From Somniosus microcephalus (lineage: Eukaryota): a stretch of DNA of 64,000 nt. Below the pieces are notes generated by a model. That model saw nothing but the letters and a program-made list of their open reading frames with translations. It made no database searches and was not told the DNA's origin. The translations under genes and the position numbers were made by a program. Of the stretch, positions 36,122 through 50,479 are shown one piece after another (positions within the stretch are counted from its first letter, which is position 1; each line of letters begins with the position of its first letter). The DNA is taken from assembly GCA_052327205.1 (NCBI GenBank), contig CM126204.1:340690001-340754000 (forward strand). The letters are read 5' to 3'.

Positions 36122-37713
36122 CAGTGTGTTTAGGTCAGCCCCGCCCCCCTGTCCCCCCACCCAGTCAACAGAGTAACATGTTCCAATATTAGCAGATGCC
36201 TTTTATTTTTTTTACTTATTTTTTTTACCTTACAATATCTGACCACTAGATGGCAATAAATTACAACTTAGCTCTCTGCCACCCAAAAAAACAATTCACA
36301 TGCAAAGCTTCACTCAAGGCTAAAGAAGTGACCTTTAAAATATAACCAATAAATTACTCTCACATGCGCCCCCCCCCTCCCCAATGTGTAAATCTGTTTA
36401 TGGCATATAAATTAAGTATCAGCTCTATATTGTGGCTCATCAAGGTGACTGACAGTTTTATTTGAATTTCAATATGCTGGTAACCTTTAATTGCGAACAC
36501 AGAATAATATGCCACAAATAGCATGATTTTTGTTTCAGTGTACTTTTAGAATTTTTTTTTTTCATTTTTGTTGTAACTCAGATTGGCTAAGAATGGTATC
36601 CAGTAATGATTGATAGCAGGTATATAAGGTACAGTGGAGAAAAGGAGTCCCTTGTGTTCACCCAGCAGATCTTGATAGTTCATGATCAGAATGCTAAATG
36701 ATGATACTGTGCTTAAGCTGTGGAAAGCTGCAAAAAGATGCACGGTGGGGGGGATCGGTTAAACACCCCTCAGGATAGATTTTAGATTGCTTTAATGTGC
36801 AGCCAGCACATGCATGAAGTGTAGCGTAGGTAGGTACACGTGCTGAATTTGAAATAAAACACATGTCAAAGACAGCTTGTACAATCAGTGATATAACATT
36901 TTCTTATCATTTTGCATACCATTCCCTTTTGCCTTAAATCCTATTTTAAATGAGACTATTCTGCATAATGTTTGTTTTACATTTATTTGATTTTGTTTAA
37001 TATGCAAGTGCCTATTTGAAATGGAGATCCTGGTATACATTTTTTTAAAGTTTATAAATGGCCCATTAATTGCTCCAACAAGAACACATGACTCTGTTAT
37101 CAATAGCACTTGCTTAAGGTATATTAATATTTTGTACTTGCTTAAGGTATATTAATATTTTAATTAATGGATGTAAAGCTAATTTCTTCCAGTATTGTGG
37201 CAGATATGGGAACAGTAGATAAATATTTAATGCATTCCTCATTAAAAATCCCTTAAAAATGGATGTGTTTTGCAGCCTTCACATAGTAAAAGCTTTTATT
37301 GATGATAGCAGATTTTGTTCTGAGACCGAGTCTAGCTATGAATGCTCAAATGCATTCCAGAGTGACTGAACTACTCGCAGCATTCATTTATACTATGAGC
37401 CAAAAGAGATGAAATATTTCATCCATGCTTCATTTTGGTTTTGCCGATAGCAGTTCTCTTAACTAGAAAATGAAATAAATGTTTAACCCCTTTTCATATT
37501 TTTCCCTCTAGAATTTTGCTCTCTTTATCCATTGCAGTTTCAAGCTAAGATATGACCAGAGCTTGTTCTATTAAAGCCAGTATCATCCATTTTATAATAT
37601 GTCGGAGTGCCGTGTTAATTAAAATGATCTTTTCTGTTGAGTTTGAGGGAGTGAGAAATAATGTGCTGCTGGAATGTTTTCAGAAGTAGTCTAAAAATGG
37701 GAGATTTCCATAC

Positions 37714-37971
37714 GGCTGAATTTTATCCTCTCCTGGATTGTAATATTGGGTGAAGGGGGGTTACAGATTCTAATATCAGTGTGACCTTTTGTCCCTGCAC
37801 CTGATACCAACATCCGTCCATAAATGAAACTGTTTACGGGTGGATGCTGGTATCAGGTGTAGGGGATGTTGCTGTTCATAGGCAACTAAGGGGCAAAAAA
37901 TCCATGGCCCTTCTGACTCACTCCCGCTGTACCTCTGGTGAGATTGTGCTGGAAGGGGTGAATATTAGGCC
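37714..37971. mobile_element. Degraded MITE-like element with internal hairpin
   Basis: Ends ggctgaattttatcc / gggtgaatattaggcc; stem-loop at 37792-37866. Confidence 0.5.
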
Positions 37972-37982
37972 AGGATCCAGAT

Positions 37983-38415
37983 ATAGAAACATAGAAACAT
38001 AGAAGATAGGAGCAGGAGTAGGCCATTTGGCCCCTCGAGCCTGCTCCGCCATTCAATGAGATCATGGCTGATCATCCAAACTCAGTACCCTGTCCCTGCC
38101 TTCTCCCTATATCCCTTGATCCCTTTAGCCTTAAGAAATATATCTAACTCCTTCTTGAATATATTTAATGAATTAGCCTCAACTGCCTTCTGTGGTAGAA
38201 AATTCCACAGGTTCACCACTCTCTGGGTGAAGAAATTCCTCATCTCTGTCCTAAATGGCTTACCCCTTATCCTTAGACTGTGACCCCTGGTTCTGGATTT
38301 CCCCGCCATTGGGAACATCCTTCCTGCATCTAGTCTGTCTAGTCCTGTTATAATTTTATAAGTTTCAATGAGATCCCCTCTCATTCTTCTAAACTCCAGT
38401 GAATATGAGCCCAAT
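37983..38415 (-). mobile_element. 5'-truncated CR1 3' end
   Basis: catagaaa tail repeats and the CR1 ORF2 C-terminus. Confidence 0.92.
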
Positions 38416-39289
38416 GATATACTGGGGAGATTCTTGTATGGCCTGGTGGGGGTGGAGCCACCACCCACGCCACACAATGCAATTAAAACAGGAGAGGGGG
38501 AGATGGGTGCAAATAAAAAGATGCCTTACATGAGCACTTAGTGGGACCCAATGATACATCAGTGGCAGTAACTGGGCATGCTAGCCGGCCAAAGAGTGGA
38601 GGTGGTCCCCACCTGGTAGTCCAGGCTGAGATTGTGGTCTGGATCCTTGATATAAAAAAATGAATTGCCATTCCCCTTGCAAGTAGTGTTCTATAGTAAA
38701 AGGCTGGTGGGTATGGGCAGGTATGGATGGTTGGAGAAGGATTATGCGAGGCCATGGAAGGCACTGAAGATGAAAAGAAGGGTCTTGAAGTCGATTCACC
38801 GATACCCAGGGAATCGATAGAACCATGCAAGGTTGGAGAAAGAAAGACTTGCGCTTCTTTAGTGATGGAGAGAATATAGGACATGGATTGTTCAATAAAC
38901 TGGAATTTGTGGAGGGCAGAAGGCTGGTGAGGAGAACATTGGAGAGGTCAAGTCTCGAGCTGATGGAGGCTTGGTTAATGTTACAGCTGTGGGAGAAGCT
39001 GGGTTGCAGTTGGATTGTGTTTCAGAGGTGGGAAGAAGCAGTCTTAGAACGGACCAGAGATAGGGTCTCACAGGACACTGAGGTTGCACATCACCTAATT
39101 TAGCCTAAAAGGGTACATAGTAAGTCTGTTGGAGTTGATGCTAGGGGCACTCAGTGCGAACTGAAAGGATGGCTTCAGTATGAAAAGAGAAGAGGGAGAG
39201 GTGACCTGATAGATTCCTTAAAATTATGAAGGGGTTTGATGGGGCAGGCGTAGTTCTATGTAGTTTTGCCAATGCTGAGCTGTAGCTGT

Positions 39290-40716
39290 AACCCTGCTTT
39301 TTAAGAAAGGAGGGAGAGAGAAAACAGGGTACTACAGAGCTGTTAGCCTCACATCAGTAATTGGGAAAATGCTGGAATCTATTATAAAGGATGCAATAAC
39401 TGGGCACTTAGAAACTAATAGCAAGATTGGGCAGAGTCAACATGGATTTATGAAAGGGAAAATCATGTTTGACAAACCTATTGGAGTTCTTTGAGGATGT
39501 AACTAGTGGAGTAGACAAAGGGGAACCAGTAGATGTGGTGTATCTGGATTTTCAGAAGGCCTTTGATAGGTCCCACACAAGAGGTTGGTGAACAAAATTA
39601 GGGCACAAAGAATTGGGGGTAATATACTAGCATGGATTGAGAATTGGTTAACGGACAGAAAACAAAGAGTAGGGATAAACGGGTCTTTTTCAGGATGGCA
39701 GGCTGTGACTAGTGGGGTACCACAAGGATCAGTGCTTGGGCCCCAGCTATTCACAATCTATATCAATAATTTGGATGAGGGGACTAAATGTAACATTTCC
39801 AAATTTGCTGATTACACAAAGCTAGGTGGCAGTGTCAGTTGCGAAGAGGATGTGAAGAGGCTTCAAGGGGATCTCGACAGGCTCAGTGAGTGGGCGAGAA
39901 CATGGCAGATGGAATATAATGTGGATAAATGTGAAGTTATCCACTTTGGTAGTAAAAACAGAGAGGCAGCGTATTTCCTAAATGGTGAAAGATTGGGGAA
40001 TGCAGATGCTCAAAGGGACCTGGGTGTCCTTGTACATGAGTCACTGAAAGTGAATGTGCAGGTGCAGCAAGCAAATGGTATGCTGGCCTTCATTACAAGA
40101 GGATTTGAATACAGGAGTAAAGAAGTCTTACTCCAATTATATAGGGCCTTGGTGAGACTACACCTGGAGTACTATGTACAATTTTGGTCTCCTTACCTAA
40201 GGAAGGATATACTTGCCATAGAGGGAGCACAACGAAGGTTCACAAGATTGATTCCTGGGATGGCGGGACTTTCGTATGAGAAGAGATTGAGTAAATTAGG
40301 CCTGTATTCTCTTGAATTCAGAAGAATGAGAGGGGATCTCATTGAAGCATACAAAATTATTACAGGGCTTGATAGGGTGGATGCTGGGAGAATGTTTCCT
40401 TGGCTGGGGAATCTAGAACCAGGGGCCACAGCCTCAGGGTAAAGGGTAGGCCATTCAGGACTGAGATGAGAAGAACTTTCTTCACCACAGCAGGTGGTGA
40501 ATCTTTGGAATTCTCTATCCCAGAGGGCTGTGGAGGCTCAGTCATTGGGTATATTCAAAACAGAAGTCGATAGATTTCTGACTAGTAAGGGCATCAAGGG
40601 ATATGGCGATAGGGCCGGTGAATGGAGTTGAGGCAGAAGATCAGCCATGACCATATTGAATGGCGGAGCAGGCTCGAAGGGCCGAATGGCCTACTCCTGC
40701 TCCTATTTCTTATGTT
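39290..40716 (+). mobile_element. 5'-truncated CR1 LINE (RT to 3' UTR), frameshifted
   Basis: [10 protein letters not shown] and KFADY motifs; 3' UTR ending ttcttatgt. Confidence 0.92.
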
Positions 40717-41045
40717 AACAGGTCATCCAGGACTCAATGGTGGACAAGAAAGTATTGCAGCGGCTTTGGAATCCATAGTAGATATGGAGTTGGGTGTCAT
40801 CAGCATACATGTAGAAGGTGACTCTGTGCTTGCATATGATGCCACTGGGTGTTACATGTAGATGACGGAAAGGTGGAACTGAGTCCAGGGTAATGGTGCA
40901 GGCATGAGAGGGTGCAGGCATGAGAGGTTGAGCTATTAGAGGAGATGAGGGACTATTTTGCAACGGGTATGGAGAGAGGCGGGGGAGGAAAATGGTGCGG
41001 TCAGCAGTGTCAAAGATGGCCGAGAGGATGAGGAAGGCAGGAGAA
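40717..41045 (-). mobile_element. Old L2-like LINE RT fragment
   Basis: LSAIFDTADRTI and MYADDTQLH motifs. Confidence 0.7.
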
Positions 41046-41994
41046 TTTTGCATGAAAATTTTGTTTGAAATTATATGAATGAAAGAATTTTTCCTGAAAT
41101 TATTTCTCCCATATTTCCCTCTCCCTTAGCCAAAAATATTCAAAACACATTTAATAAAAAATACCTTTCTGAAAAAGTACAAAGCGTTGGGATATTTTGG
41201 AACTGTTTGATTTTTAAAAAATGGCCTGATGGTGACAGTAGAACTTTAGGATACAGAAAAAAAACCAATGTTTTGTTGGTGCTGGGTTGTGATTTGTGAA
41301 TTATGCTTGTGCTGTAGCTTCCTTGTAAATACACTGTTACTTGGCGACACTACTGGATACAATCAAAATCAACAACCCCTCCCACCCCCTCCTGCCTGTG
41401 GTTACTGACGATAAGTGTATGGATTCCATTAATATGCAAGCTGAGATGAACTACCAGTGTGCAGGTCAGTGATTGGACCGGTTACCTATGGTTGAATACA
41501 ATGCTACCCAGGATAGCTTTCCATTAAACCATTGGGGAGCCCATAAAAATTAATTATAATTTTGTTCATGGAAACTAATATTTCTAAAGCCAATCATAAC
41601 AAATAAACAGATTACAAATTGAAACAGGCACATGACCAAACGTTTAAATGGTCAATGCATAAACGGTTTGGTCCCAAAAATCAACTGGGGTTCGATTCTT
41701 CTCCTACTGGAATCCGGCAGGAGACTGGTGGATGCCAGGGGAAAACGGCAGGGACCTGGCTGCATGGAGTCTCCAAAGTTCCTGGAATTTTCCAGCCTGC
41801 CATGTAAAGGTTGAAACCTTCACCTGCCCCGTACAAGGCAAGTGTTGTCAAGGGTGGAGCCAGGCGTTGGGACTTGCTACAGTGGGAATTTCTGAATCCT
41901 GGCTCATGCAGGACCCCGAGTAGGTATGGAGGGTGGTAAGTTGAGGCGTATCAGCCATCATAGGGGCGGCAGTTGACCCCAGTGGAATGGGATC

Positions 41995-42222
41995 TGACAT
42001 AATAAAACTCACTACACACTTGGTTTGAGCATAAAGCAAGGCTTTAATCAACTTATTTCAGAACATGGAGGTCTAGTTGTATTTCACTAGCTCCTTGTCC
42101 TTACAAAATGTCCCTGGTAAGCTGGGGCCAACGCCCGAGTATTTATACTCCTTGGACAGCGCCACCAGCTGTCCGTCCAGTGTTATTTCATAGGTAGTTT
42201 CTCGATGATGAGATTTATGACA
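41995..42222 (-). mobile_element. Solo LTR (family S), copy 2
   Basis: TG..CA, TSD GGATC. Confidence 0.88.
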
Positions 42223-42879
42223 GGATCGGTGGGGGATTTCCTGGGCAACCAACCCTCAATGGTGGGCAGGCGCTGGATTTTCTAACGGCACAGGGCAGGT
42301 CGGCACCAGAGAGGTACATGCAGTGCTGCTTGCGCCTACTGACCACGTACAAATTAGGTGCCTTTCAACTGGCCTCGCAAATACCAGCAGGGTGAGTGCT
42401 GGAGGGCACTGATGGGTATGATCCCAGCATAATTGCCAGGGTCACGTTTCCTGGATTTCTTACATGAGAGAAAAAGCATACAGTGGTCTTCATATTGATA
42501 GGGTTACGGCAACTATTCTCCAACTAACCTTTTAGAGGAGGTCATATTTTGCACAATTGTGCATGTTTGTACCGTAGCTTAACATGCTTCAGGGGCAGGG
42601 TGGGCACAGGCTGCTGCAGTAACAAATGACACCAGACCTAAAGCATTGGATCTCTCATGGGCATGGAAAGTAGCCTCGCCGTTCACTTTTCTTCCAGTCT
42701 TCCACCATGGTTAGAAACTGCCACGGGAGCTCGGCGAAATATGGCGTAAAGTGCAAAAAGCCCCACAAAATAATCTGTGACAATATTTACAATTCATTTC
42801 AACAGAAAGAAAAGTTAGCAGTTTCTATTACCAGTGTGAAATCCTCTCCACCAGATTTTCCATTCTGCGCTCTGTCTAG

Positions 42880-43560
42880 ACGATGCTTGAAGACGAAAAT
42901 TTACCCATCACCCTCTCCATCTACTCATTGAGGCTGAACCAGACTGTGCTGCCTGACCTTGAGATGAGCTTCAAAGCCCTTATCCTATTAATCACCAAGA
43001 TCACCGATTTCCACCTAGACAACATTGCCCACCACTACCTCAATCCCTCCACTGCTAAAACTCTAATCCATGCTTTTATTATCACTAGACTCGATTATTC
43101 CACTGCCCTCCATTCTGATCTCACAACCCCCCAATCTCCATAAACTCCAACCTGCCCAAAATGTAGCTGCACTAAGTACTGCTTGCACCTTACCCCTATT
43201 CTCACTGACCTACACTGGTTCCCTGCCCCCACTGTATTAAATTTAAGCTCCTCATCTTCAAATCACCACATGGCCTTGTCCTACCTTATATAATCTCCTC
43301 CAGCCTTCAATCCTTTGATTCTGGTCCTTTGTGCGTTTCCCCTCCCTTCCTGCTGCCATTGGTGGCAGTGTCTCCACTCTCTATAACTTCCTCCCTAAAA
43401 CCCCTTTTCTTTTTGAACTTCTCTATCCTCCTTTAAAAGTCTTCTCAAAACTAATCTTTTTGACCAGACTGCTCCTAATCTCTCCCTCCATGGCTATTTA
43501 TATTGGCGTAGTGCCTTGGGATGTACATTTTATATTAAGGTTGCTATATTAACACAAGTT
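42880..43560 (+). mobile_element. Old L2-like LINE 3' fragment
   Basis: AKTLIHAFIITRLDYS and LHW-type motifs; ends in a gctatattaacacaagttgtt tail. Confidence 0.7.
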
Positions 43561-44554
43561 GTTACACAGAATGAGGTTAATAGTTCTAAAACCTCATTGG
43601 TTTCTCAATCTTCATAAATCCTCTACTGAAGGCACTTGCTCCTTGTTTGGAGGGCAATTCTATAATTACTAGTTGCTCTCCACCGCCCTGCTCAAGTAAT
43701 CATTATTCATTCGTGAACTCCAGTGCAATCAGTTAATTCAGCACAGATAACAGAGAGAACCAGCAACCTGCTTGATCCGTATTGTTTAGCTACTCACTGC
43801 CTAAACCCATTAATCTACCTGGGGAATCATGCACCCATTCTTGATTGTACTCTATGGGACTGACCAGCACCGAGTCAAATGAAACATCCCTCCAATCAGC
43901 AAAGCTGCTTATTCATAATGGCGTTAACATTGCTGACTTATTATTATGCGCCCAATCAAATCTCTCCTGTGGTGTTAAATTAAAGTTACAGTCGCACCTC
44001 CTTTTGTGCAGACACAGTTGGTAATTGCCATTTTATTCATCTGGGTCACATTGGGGTGATGAAGATGGGGCAAATTTATTCTTTAGCAATTGGCTAGGAA
44101 ATTCTTTGAAGCTCTCGCTTTGATTGCATTTAAATTTAATATAGTTTTGGGAGGCAAGGGAAAAGGAAGCAACTAGCTAGTCATTAAGGAGGTGGGAGCA
44201 GCTGTTGGCATGTCAGGCAATTTTCTCGGCGTTTCCATGGTGATTATTTACACGGGCCGCAGTGGCTGTGGGTTCAGAGTTCTAGGTATTGTGAATTCAA
44301 GCTGTGAACCATTTAAAATAGAAAGCAAACACTTTTTGTTTCAAGCACTTCACATCTTTGATGCAGAGTATTAAAATAGCATTTCATTAAATCATATCAA
44401 AAGGTTTCCATGTGAATCTTCCCAATTTTTTATGTGAATCATCCCTTCTGAATTGTACTTTTGAAGCATGGCTGATGAGGAATATAAAATCCTACGTTAT
44501 TACCAATGTAATCTTGTGAAGAATATATTCTGTGGAAAAACAATGCAAACAGGG

Positions 44555-44950
44555 TACAGTAGCACAGTGATTATGTTGCTGGACTAGGCATCCAGAGCCT
44601 GGACTAATGATCCAGAGACATGAGTTCAAATCCCACCACGGGTTTAAAGTCAGTTAATTGAATAAATCTGGAATAAAAAGCTAGTATCAATAATGGTAAC
44701 CATGAAACTACCGTATTATCATAAAAACCCATCTGGTTCACTAATGTCCTTTAGGGAAGGCAATCTACTGTCCTTACCCAGTCTGGCCTATATGTGACTC
44801 CAGACCCAGAGCAATGTGGTTGACTCTTAACTGCCCTCTGAAATGGCCCAGCAAGCCACTCAGTTCTATAAGGTGGCTCACCACCACCTTAGGTAATAAA
44901 TGCTGGCATTGCCAGCGACGTCCACATCCCGTGAATAAGTTTCTAAAAAA
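44555..44950 (+). mobile_element. tRNA-derived SINE with LINE-like tail
   Basis: A-box-like tagcacagtg, B box gagttcaaatccc, 3' end aataaatgctggcattgccagcgacgtccacatcc. Confidence 0.75.
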
Positions 44951-45352
44951 AAGGAATACTTGGTCAGTATTTGTAGATCCTATCAGATCAGATATACATG
45001 ATGTCGTGCCATGGGCATATAATAAAAAAGTTAATAACTAATTTACTCTGCATAAGTAAGATTGCCAGGATTCTTCTTTATTAGTTGAACACGAATAACT
45101 AGTCTTTGAAATACGTAGAATAATAGGGTAGAAATTAGTACTGAAGACATTATCCCACGAGCGATTAACAATTTCTCAGCCTACTATCTGAACAAAGGCA
45201 TTACCACATTAGAATGAACAGGTTAACAGCTCTGTTAGAATAGCGGAGAGTGAAATTTAATACAGGTAATTAGCAGTAATAATGTCTACACTTCTGTCCT
45301 CTTGAATCTTACCAGCTTACTGATCTTCACTGTGCTATGCATTGGGCTGTTT

Positions 45353-47636
45353 GGCCTTGAAATTTGGCTCATTTGTGCCTGCTGTTGGCACCTCTGGGGG
45401 CGCAAAGGGCTTATCACTTCAGGGCGGGGGGGAGGTGAAAAAAGCACCTCCCGAGAAATTTGGTGGGGCGTTGCTGAGGCGCGACCTGATATCGCCACGC
45501 CCACGCCGGTAGCGCCCCAAGCCACTGCACTGCTGGTGATTATGTCATCGCCATGCGGCGCAACCCCTTACTGCCATGCGGCAGAAATTCGGCCGCGCCC
45601 TGCGAGGCTGCCGTGTGCGATGTCAGTGCCAGCCTCACGGGTTGCGAACCGGGCCGACCTCTGCTCGTGGGGCGGTAGTTAAAGGGGAGGTGTGGCCACG
45701 TACCATGCCGCCATTTTCTTTTTTTGGCCGACCTCCAGGCCGGCCCGCCATGGTGTGCCGTGGCGTGGTCTTGGCCACCATCGCGCAGCCCGCCCAGCAC
45801 GCGTCTCAGTGCCGGGCTGTGGCTGCAGCACCACGCCACCCTGGTGACCTAGTGTGGGCCATCTGAGGCCCTGCAGAGTGCGCAGCGGCCCCTCCCCTTT
45901 AACTGAAGCGGAGGGGCATTGAAACGTGGCAGCGATCTGCGGAGCCTCCGTCGAGCACTGCTGTTCATAGAAACATAGAAACATAGAAGATAGGAGCAGG
46001 AGTAGGCCATTCGGCTCCTCGAGCCTGCTCCGCCATGCAATGAGATCATGGCTGATCATCCAAATTCAGTACCCTGTCCCTGCCTTCTCTCCATATCCCT
46101 TGATCACTTTAGCCTTAAGAAATATATCTAACTCCTTCTTGAATATATTTAATGAATTGGCCTCTACGGCCTTCTGTGGTAGAGAATTCCACAGGTTCAC
46201 CACTCTCTGGGTGAAGAAATTCCTCCTCATCTCTGTCCTAAATGGCTTGCCCCTTATCCTTAGACTGTGACCCCTGGTTCTGGACTCCCCGACCATCGGG
46301 AACAACCTTCCTGCATCTAGTCTGTCTAGTCCTGTTAGAATTTTATAAGTTTCAATGAGATCCCCTCTCATTCTTCTAAACTCCAGCGAGTACAAGCCCA
46401 ATCGATCCAATCTCTCCTCATACGTCATTCCTGCCATCCCAGGTATCAGCCTGGTGAATCTTCGCTGAACTCCTTCCATGGCAAGAACATCCTTCCTCAG
46501 ATAAGGCGACCAAAACTGCGCACAATACTCAAGATGTGGTCTCACCAAGGCCCTGTACAACTGCAGCAAGACATCCTTGTTCCTGTACTCAAACCCTCTC
46601 GCTACGAAGGCCAACATACCATTTGCCTTCTTAACTGCCTGGTGCACCTGCATGCTTACCTTCAGCGATTGGTGCACAAGGACACCCAGGTCTCCTTGCA
46701 CTTCCCCTTCTCCCAATCTATTGCCATTCAGATAATAATCTGCCTTCCTGTTTTTGACACCAAAGTGGATAACCTCGCATTTATCCACGTTATATTGCAT
46801 CTGCTATGCTTCTGCCCAATCACTCAACCTGTCCAAATCATACTGGAGTTTCTCAGCATCCTCCTCACAGCACACACGCCCACCCAGCTTTGTGTCATCT
46901 GCAAACTTGGAGATATTACACCTAGTTCCCTCGTCTAGATCATTAATATATATTGTGAATAGCTGGGGTCCAAGGACCGATCCCTGCGGTACCCCACTAG
47001 TCACTGCCTGCCACTCGGAAAAAGACCCATTTATTCCAACTCTTTGCTTTCTGTCTGCCAACCAGTTCTCTATCCAAGTCAATACCTTGCCCCCAATCCC
47101 ATGTGCCTTAACTTTACACGCTAATCTCTTATGCGGGACCTTATTGAATGCCTTTTGAAAGTCCAAATACACCACATCCACTGGTTCTCCCTTATCTATT
47201 TTACAGTTACATCCTCAAAAAATTCCAGTAGATTAGTCAAGCACGATTTAGCCTTTGTAAATCCATGTTGACTTTGTCTGATCCGGTCACTGTTTTCCAA
47301 GTGCTCTGCTATTACATCTTTTATAATGGACTCTAGCATTTTCCCCACTACTGATGTCAGGCTTACCGGTCTGTAATTCCCCATTTTCTCTCTACCACCT
47401 TTTTTGAATAGTGGGGTAACATTAGCTACCCTGCAATCCATGGGTACTGTTCGCGCCTGACATTGGCTCAGTTACCGCCCCAGCAGGAAGTGGAGCTCCC
47501 AACATTGCGCTCCACTTCCTGTGCGGGACGGTAAGCTGAATTTAGCGGCCGGGGCGGTACTTCTGTGCTGGGTGCTAAATGTCCCGCCTTAACCCGGTTA
47601 CTGCCCCCAAATGGGGTGAAACCGAATTTCGCGCCC
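45353..47636. mobile_element. GC-rich Harbinger-type MITE split by a CR1
   Basis: Ends ggccttgaaatttgg / ccgaatttcgcgccc; TTT on both flanks. Confidence 0.7.
45966..47452 (-). mobile_element. 5'-truncated CR1 LINE
   Basis: RT ORFs 47196-47441, 46804-47181 and 46066-46800; tail at 45966; ctgttc on both sides. Confidence 0.93.
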
Positions 47637-47949
47637 TTTGTAATGAGAACCACATGTGAATGACTTTATCTTTGGAAAAACAAAACCATTTGCATCCATT
47701 GGTCATCAAAAAAAGGTGTTATCGCTCATAGGCTGCTGTGTGAAGTAGTTATTGAACATTTTGAGCTTTGTTCAAGCCATGTGTTCCAACCCTTCCATTG
47801 AAAGTAAGCAGTCTCTTCAACTTCTCCACAGACAATGGGTAGAATCTCTGTTCCACAGCATTATTCGATATCATGAATATTTTGATGTCTATACAGTGTA
47901 TATGCACCAGGTTTCTTGATGGGAATACATGCATTAAATTAAAGTCTTT

Positions 47950-48687
47950 GGGGGAGAAATTCCCTTCCTTTGCGCTTCCTGCAGGGGGCACTAACAGGGC
48001 GCAAAGGCCTTTTCGCCCGGGCGCGGCGCTAGCCTCGCCTCCCGCCAAATTCAGTGGGAGGTTAGCGGCGGCGTTATGGGTTTGCGCCCGGAGATCATGA
48101 CGTCATCTCCGGGCGCTTTACCCCGGTCGCACCCCGGCACAAAAATTGCCCTTGGCCCCCTGCAGCAGCACCAGGTGATGGCAGGGGATGGGAGCAGGGC
48201 GGCTGGCCGCTAGCGGGGCGGAAGTTAAAGTTGAAGTGGCCATTCGCCCTGAAACAAATGTCGGATTTAAAAAAAAACTTTTTTTTTGTGCCTCCGGACA
48301 CGGGGTCCGCGCCGTGATCGGTCAGCCCGGCTCTCTGCTTGAGTGCCGGGCTGATCGCACGGCACTCCCGCTCCCCGCTGGTCCAGATAAGTTTTTTAAA
48401 AAAACTGCAGAGTTTGCAGCTTGGGGCCCTTCCCTTTAATTCAGGGAAGAGCCCCTGCAATGTGTCAGCGTCACGTGGCCCCAGTGCGTGGGGCTGCTGA
48501 GCCGTGCGCCCCGGGTCACAAACTTGCCCCCCTCCTACGCTCCAAGAAGGAACACTTGATTTAGTGCTACTCTTCTCTCTTGGAGCAAAAAATAGCAATT
48601 TCAGAGAGGCTGGAAGTGCCCGGCGCTAACTTTTCCAGCTTTTCTGATTTAGCACCCCAAACAGGGCTCGAGGGGAATTTCTAGCCC
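47950..48687. mobile_element. GC-rich Harbinger-type MITE
   Basis: Ends gggggagaaattccc / ggggaatttctagccc; TTT flanks. Confidence 0.75.
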
Positions 48688-50479
48688 TTTGTCTCTGTCT
48701 TCAAATCCCTCCATGGCCTTGCTGTCGACTGCAGCCCTATATCCCCTTCCCAAACACTTCACTCTTCTGATTCAGGCATCTGCCCATTCCTTCACCTCAC
48801 CCTTGATGGCGGAATCAGGGGAATTTATAATGTGGAACAAAGAAATGGCAGACCAATTAAATACATACTTTGGTTCTGTCTTCACAAAGGAGGACACAAA
48901 TAACCTCCCAGAGATGTCGGGGAACATAGGGTCTAATGAGAGGGAGGAACTGAATGAAAGTATTTGTAGGGAAATGGTGTTCGGGAAATTGACAAGATTG
49001 AAGGCCGATAAATCCCCAGGGCCTGATAATCTACATCCTAGGGTACTCAAGGAAGTGGCCCTAGAAATAGTAGATGCATTGCTGGTCACCTTCCAAAATT
49101 CTATTGACTCTGGAACAGTTCCCATGGATTGGAGGGTAGCTAATGTTACCCCACTATTCAAAAAAGGTGATAGAGAGAAAACGGGGAATTATAGACCAGT
49201 AAGCCTGACATCGGTAGTGGGGAAAATGCTAGATTCCATTATAAAAAATGTAATAGCAGAGCACTTGGAATACAGTGACAGGATCGGACAAAGTCAACAT
49301 GGATTTACAAAAGGTAAATTGTGCTTGACTAATCTACTGGAATTTTTTGAGGATGTAACTGGTAGAATAGATAAGGGAGAACCAGTGGATGTGGTGTATT
49401 TGGACTTTCAGAAGGCTTTCGATAAGGTCCCGCATAAGAGATTAGCGTGTAAAGCTAAGGCACATGGGGTTGGGGGCAAGGTGCTGCCTTGGATAGAGAA
49501 CTGGTTGGCAGACAGGAAGCAAAGAGTTGGAATAAACGGATCTTTTTCTGAGTGGCAGGCCGTGACTAGTGGGGTACCACAGGGATCGGTCCTAGGACCC
49601 CAGCTATTCACAATATACATTAATGATCTAGATGAGGGAGCTAGATGTAATATCTCCAAGTTTGCAGACAACACAAAGCTGGGTGGGCGTGTGTGCTGTG
49701 AGGAGGATGCCGAGAAACTCCAGTACGATTTGGACAGGTTGGGTGATTGGGCAGATGCATGGCAGATGCAATATAATGTGGATAAATGTGAGGTTATCTA
49801 CTTTGGTGTCAAAAACAGGAAGGCAGATTATTATCTGAATGGCAATAGATTGGGAGAAGGGGAAGTGCAACGAGACTTGAGTGTCCTTGTGCACCAGTCG
49901 CTGAAGGTAAGCATGCAGATGCAGCAGGCGGTTAAGAAGGCACATGGTATGTTGGCCTTCGTAATGAGAGGGTTCGAGCACAAGAACAAGGATGTCTTGC
50001 TGCAGTTGTACAGGGCCTTGGTGAGACCACACCTTGAGTATTGTGTGCAGTTTTGGTCGCCTTATCTGAGGAAGGATGTTCTTGCCATGGAGGGAGTGCA
50101 GCGAAGATTCACCAGACGTATACCTGGGATGGCAGGAATGACGCATGAGGAGAGTTTGGGTCGATTGGGCTTGTACTCGCTGGAGTTTAGAAGAATGAGA
50201 GGGGATCTCATTGAAACTTATAAAATTCTAACAGGACTAGACAGACTAGATGCAGGAAGGATGTTCCCGATGGTGGGGGAGTCCAGAACCAGGGGTCACC
50301 GTCTAAGGGTATGGGGTAAGCCATTTAGGACAGAGATGAGGAGGAATTCCTTCACCCAGAGAGTGGTGAACCTGTGGAATTCTCTACCACAGAAGACAGT
50401 TGAGGCCAATTCATTAAATATATTCAAGAAGGAGTTAGATATATATCTTAAGGCTAAAGGGATCAAGCGATATAGGGAG

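Noticed and set aside
37108-37162. 28-bp direct duplication
   Set aside because: A simple two-copy slippage duplication with no further structure.
48689-48806. Novel N-terminus on the 601-aa RT ORF
   Set aside because: Chance read-through from an L2 fragment into a 5'-truncated CR1.
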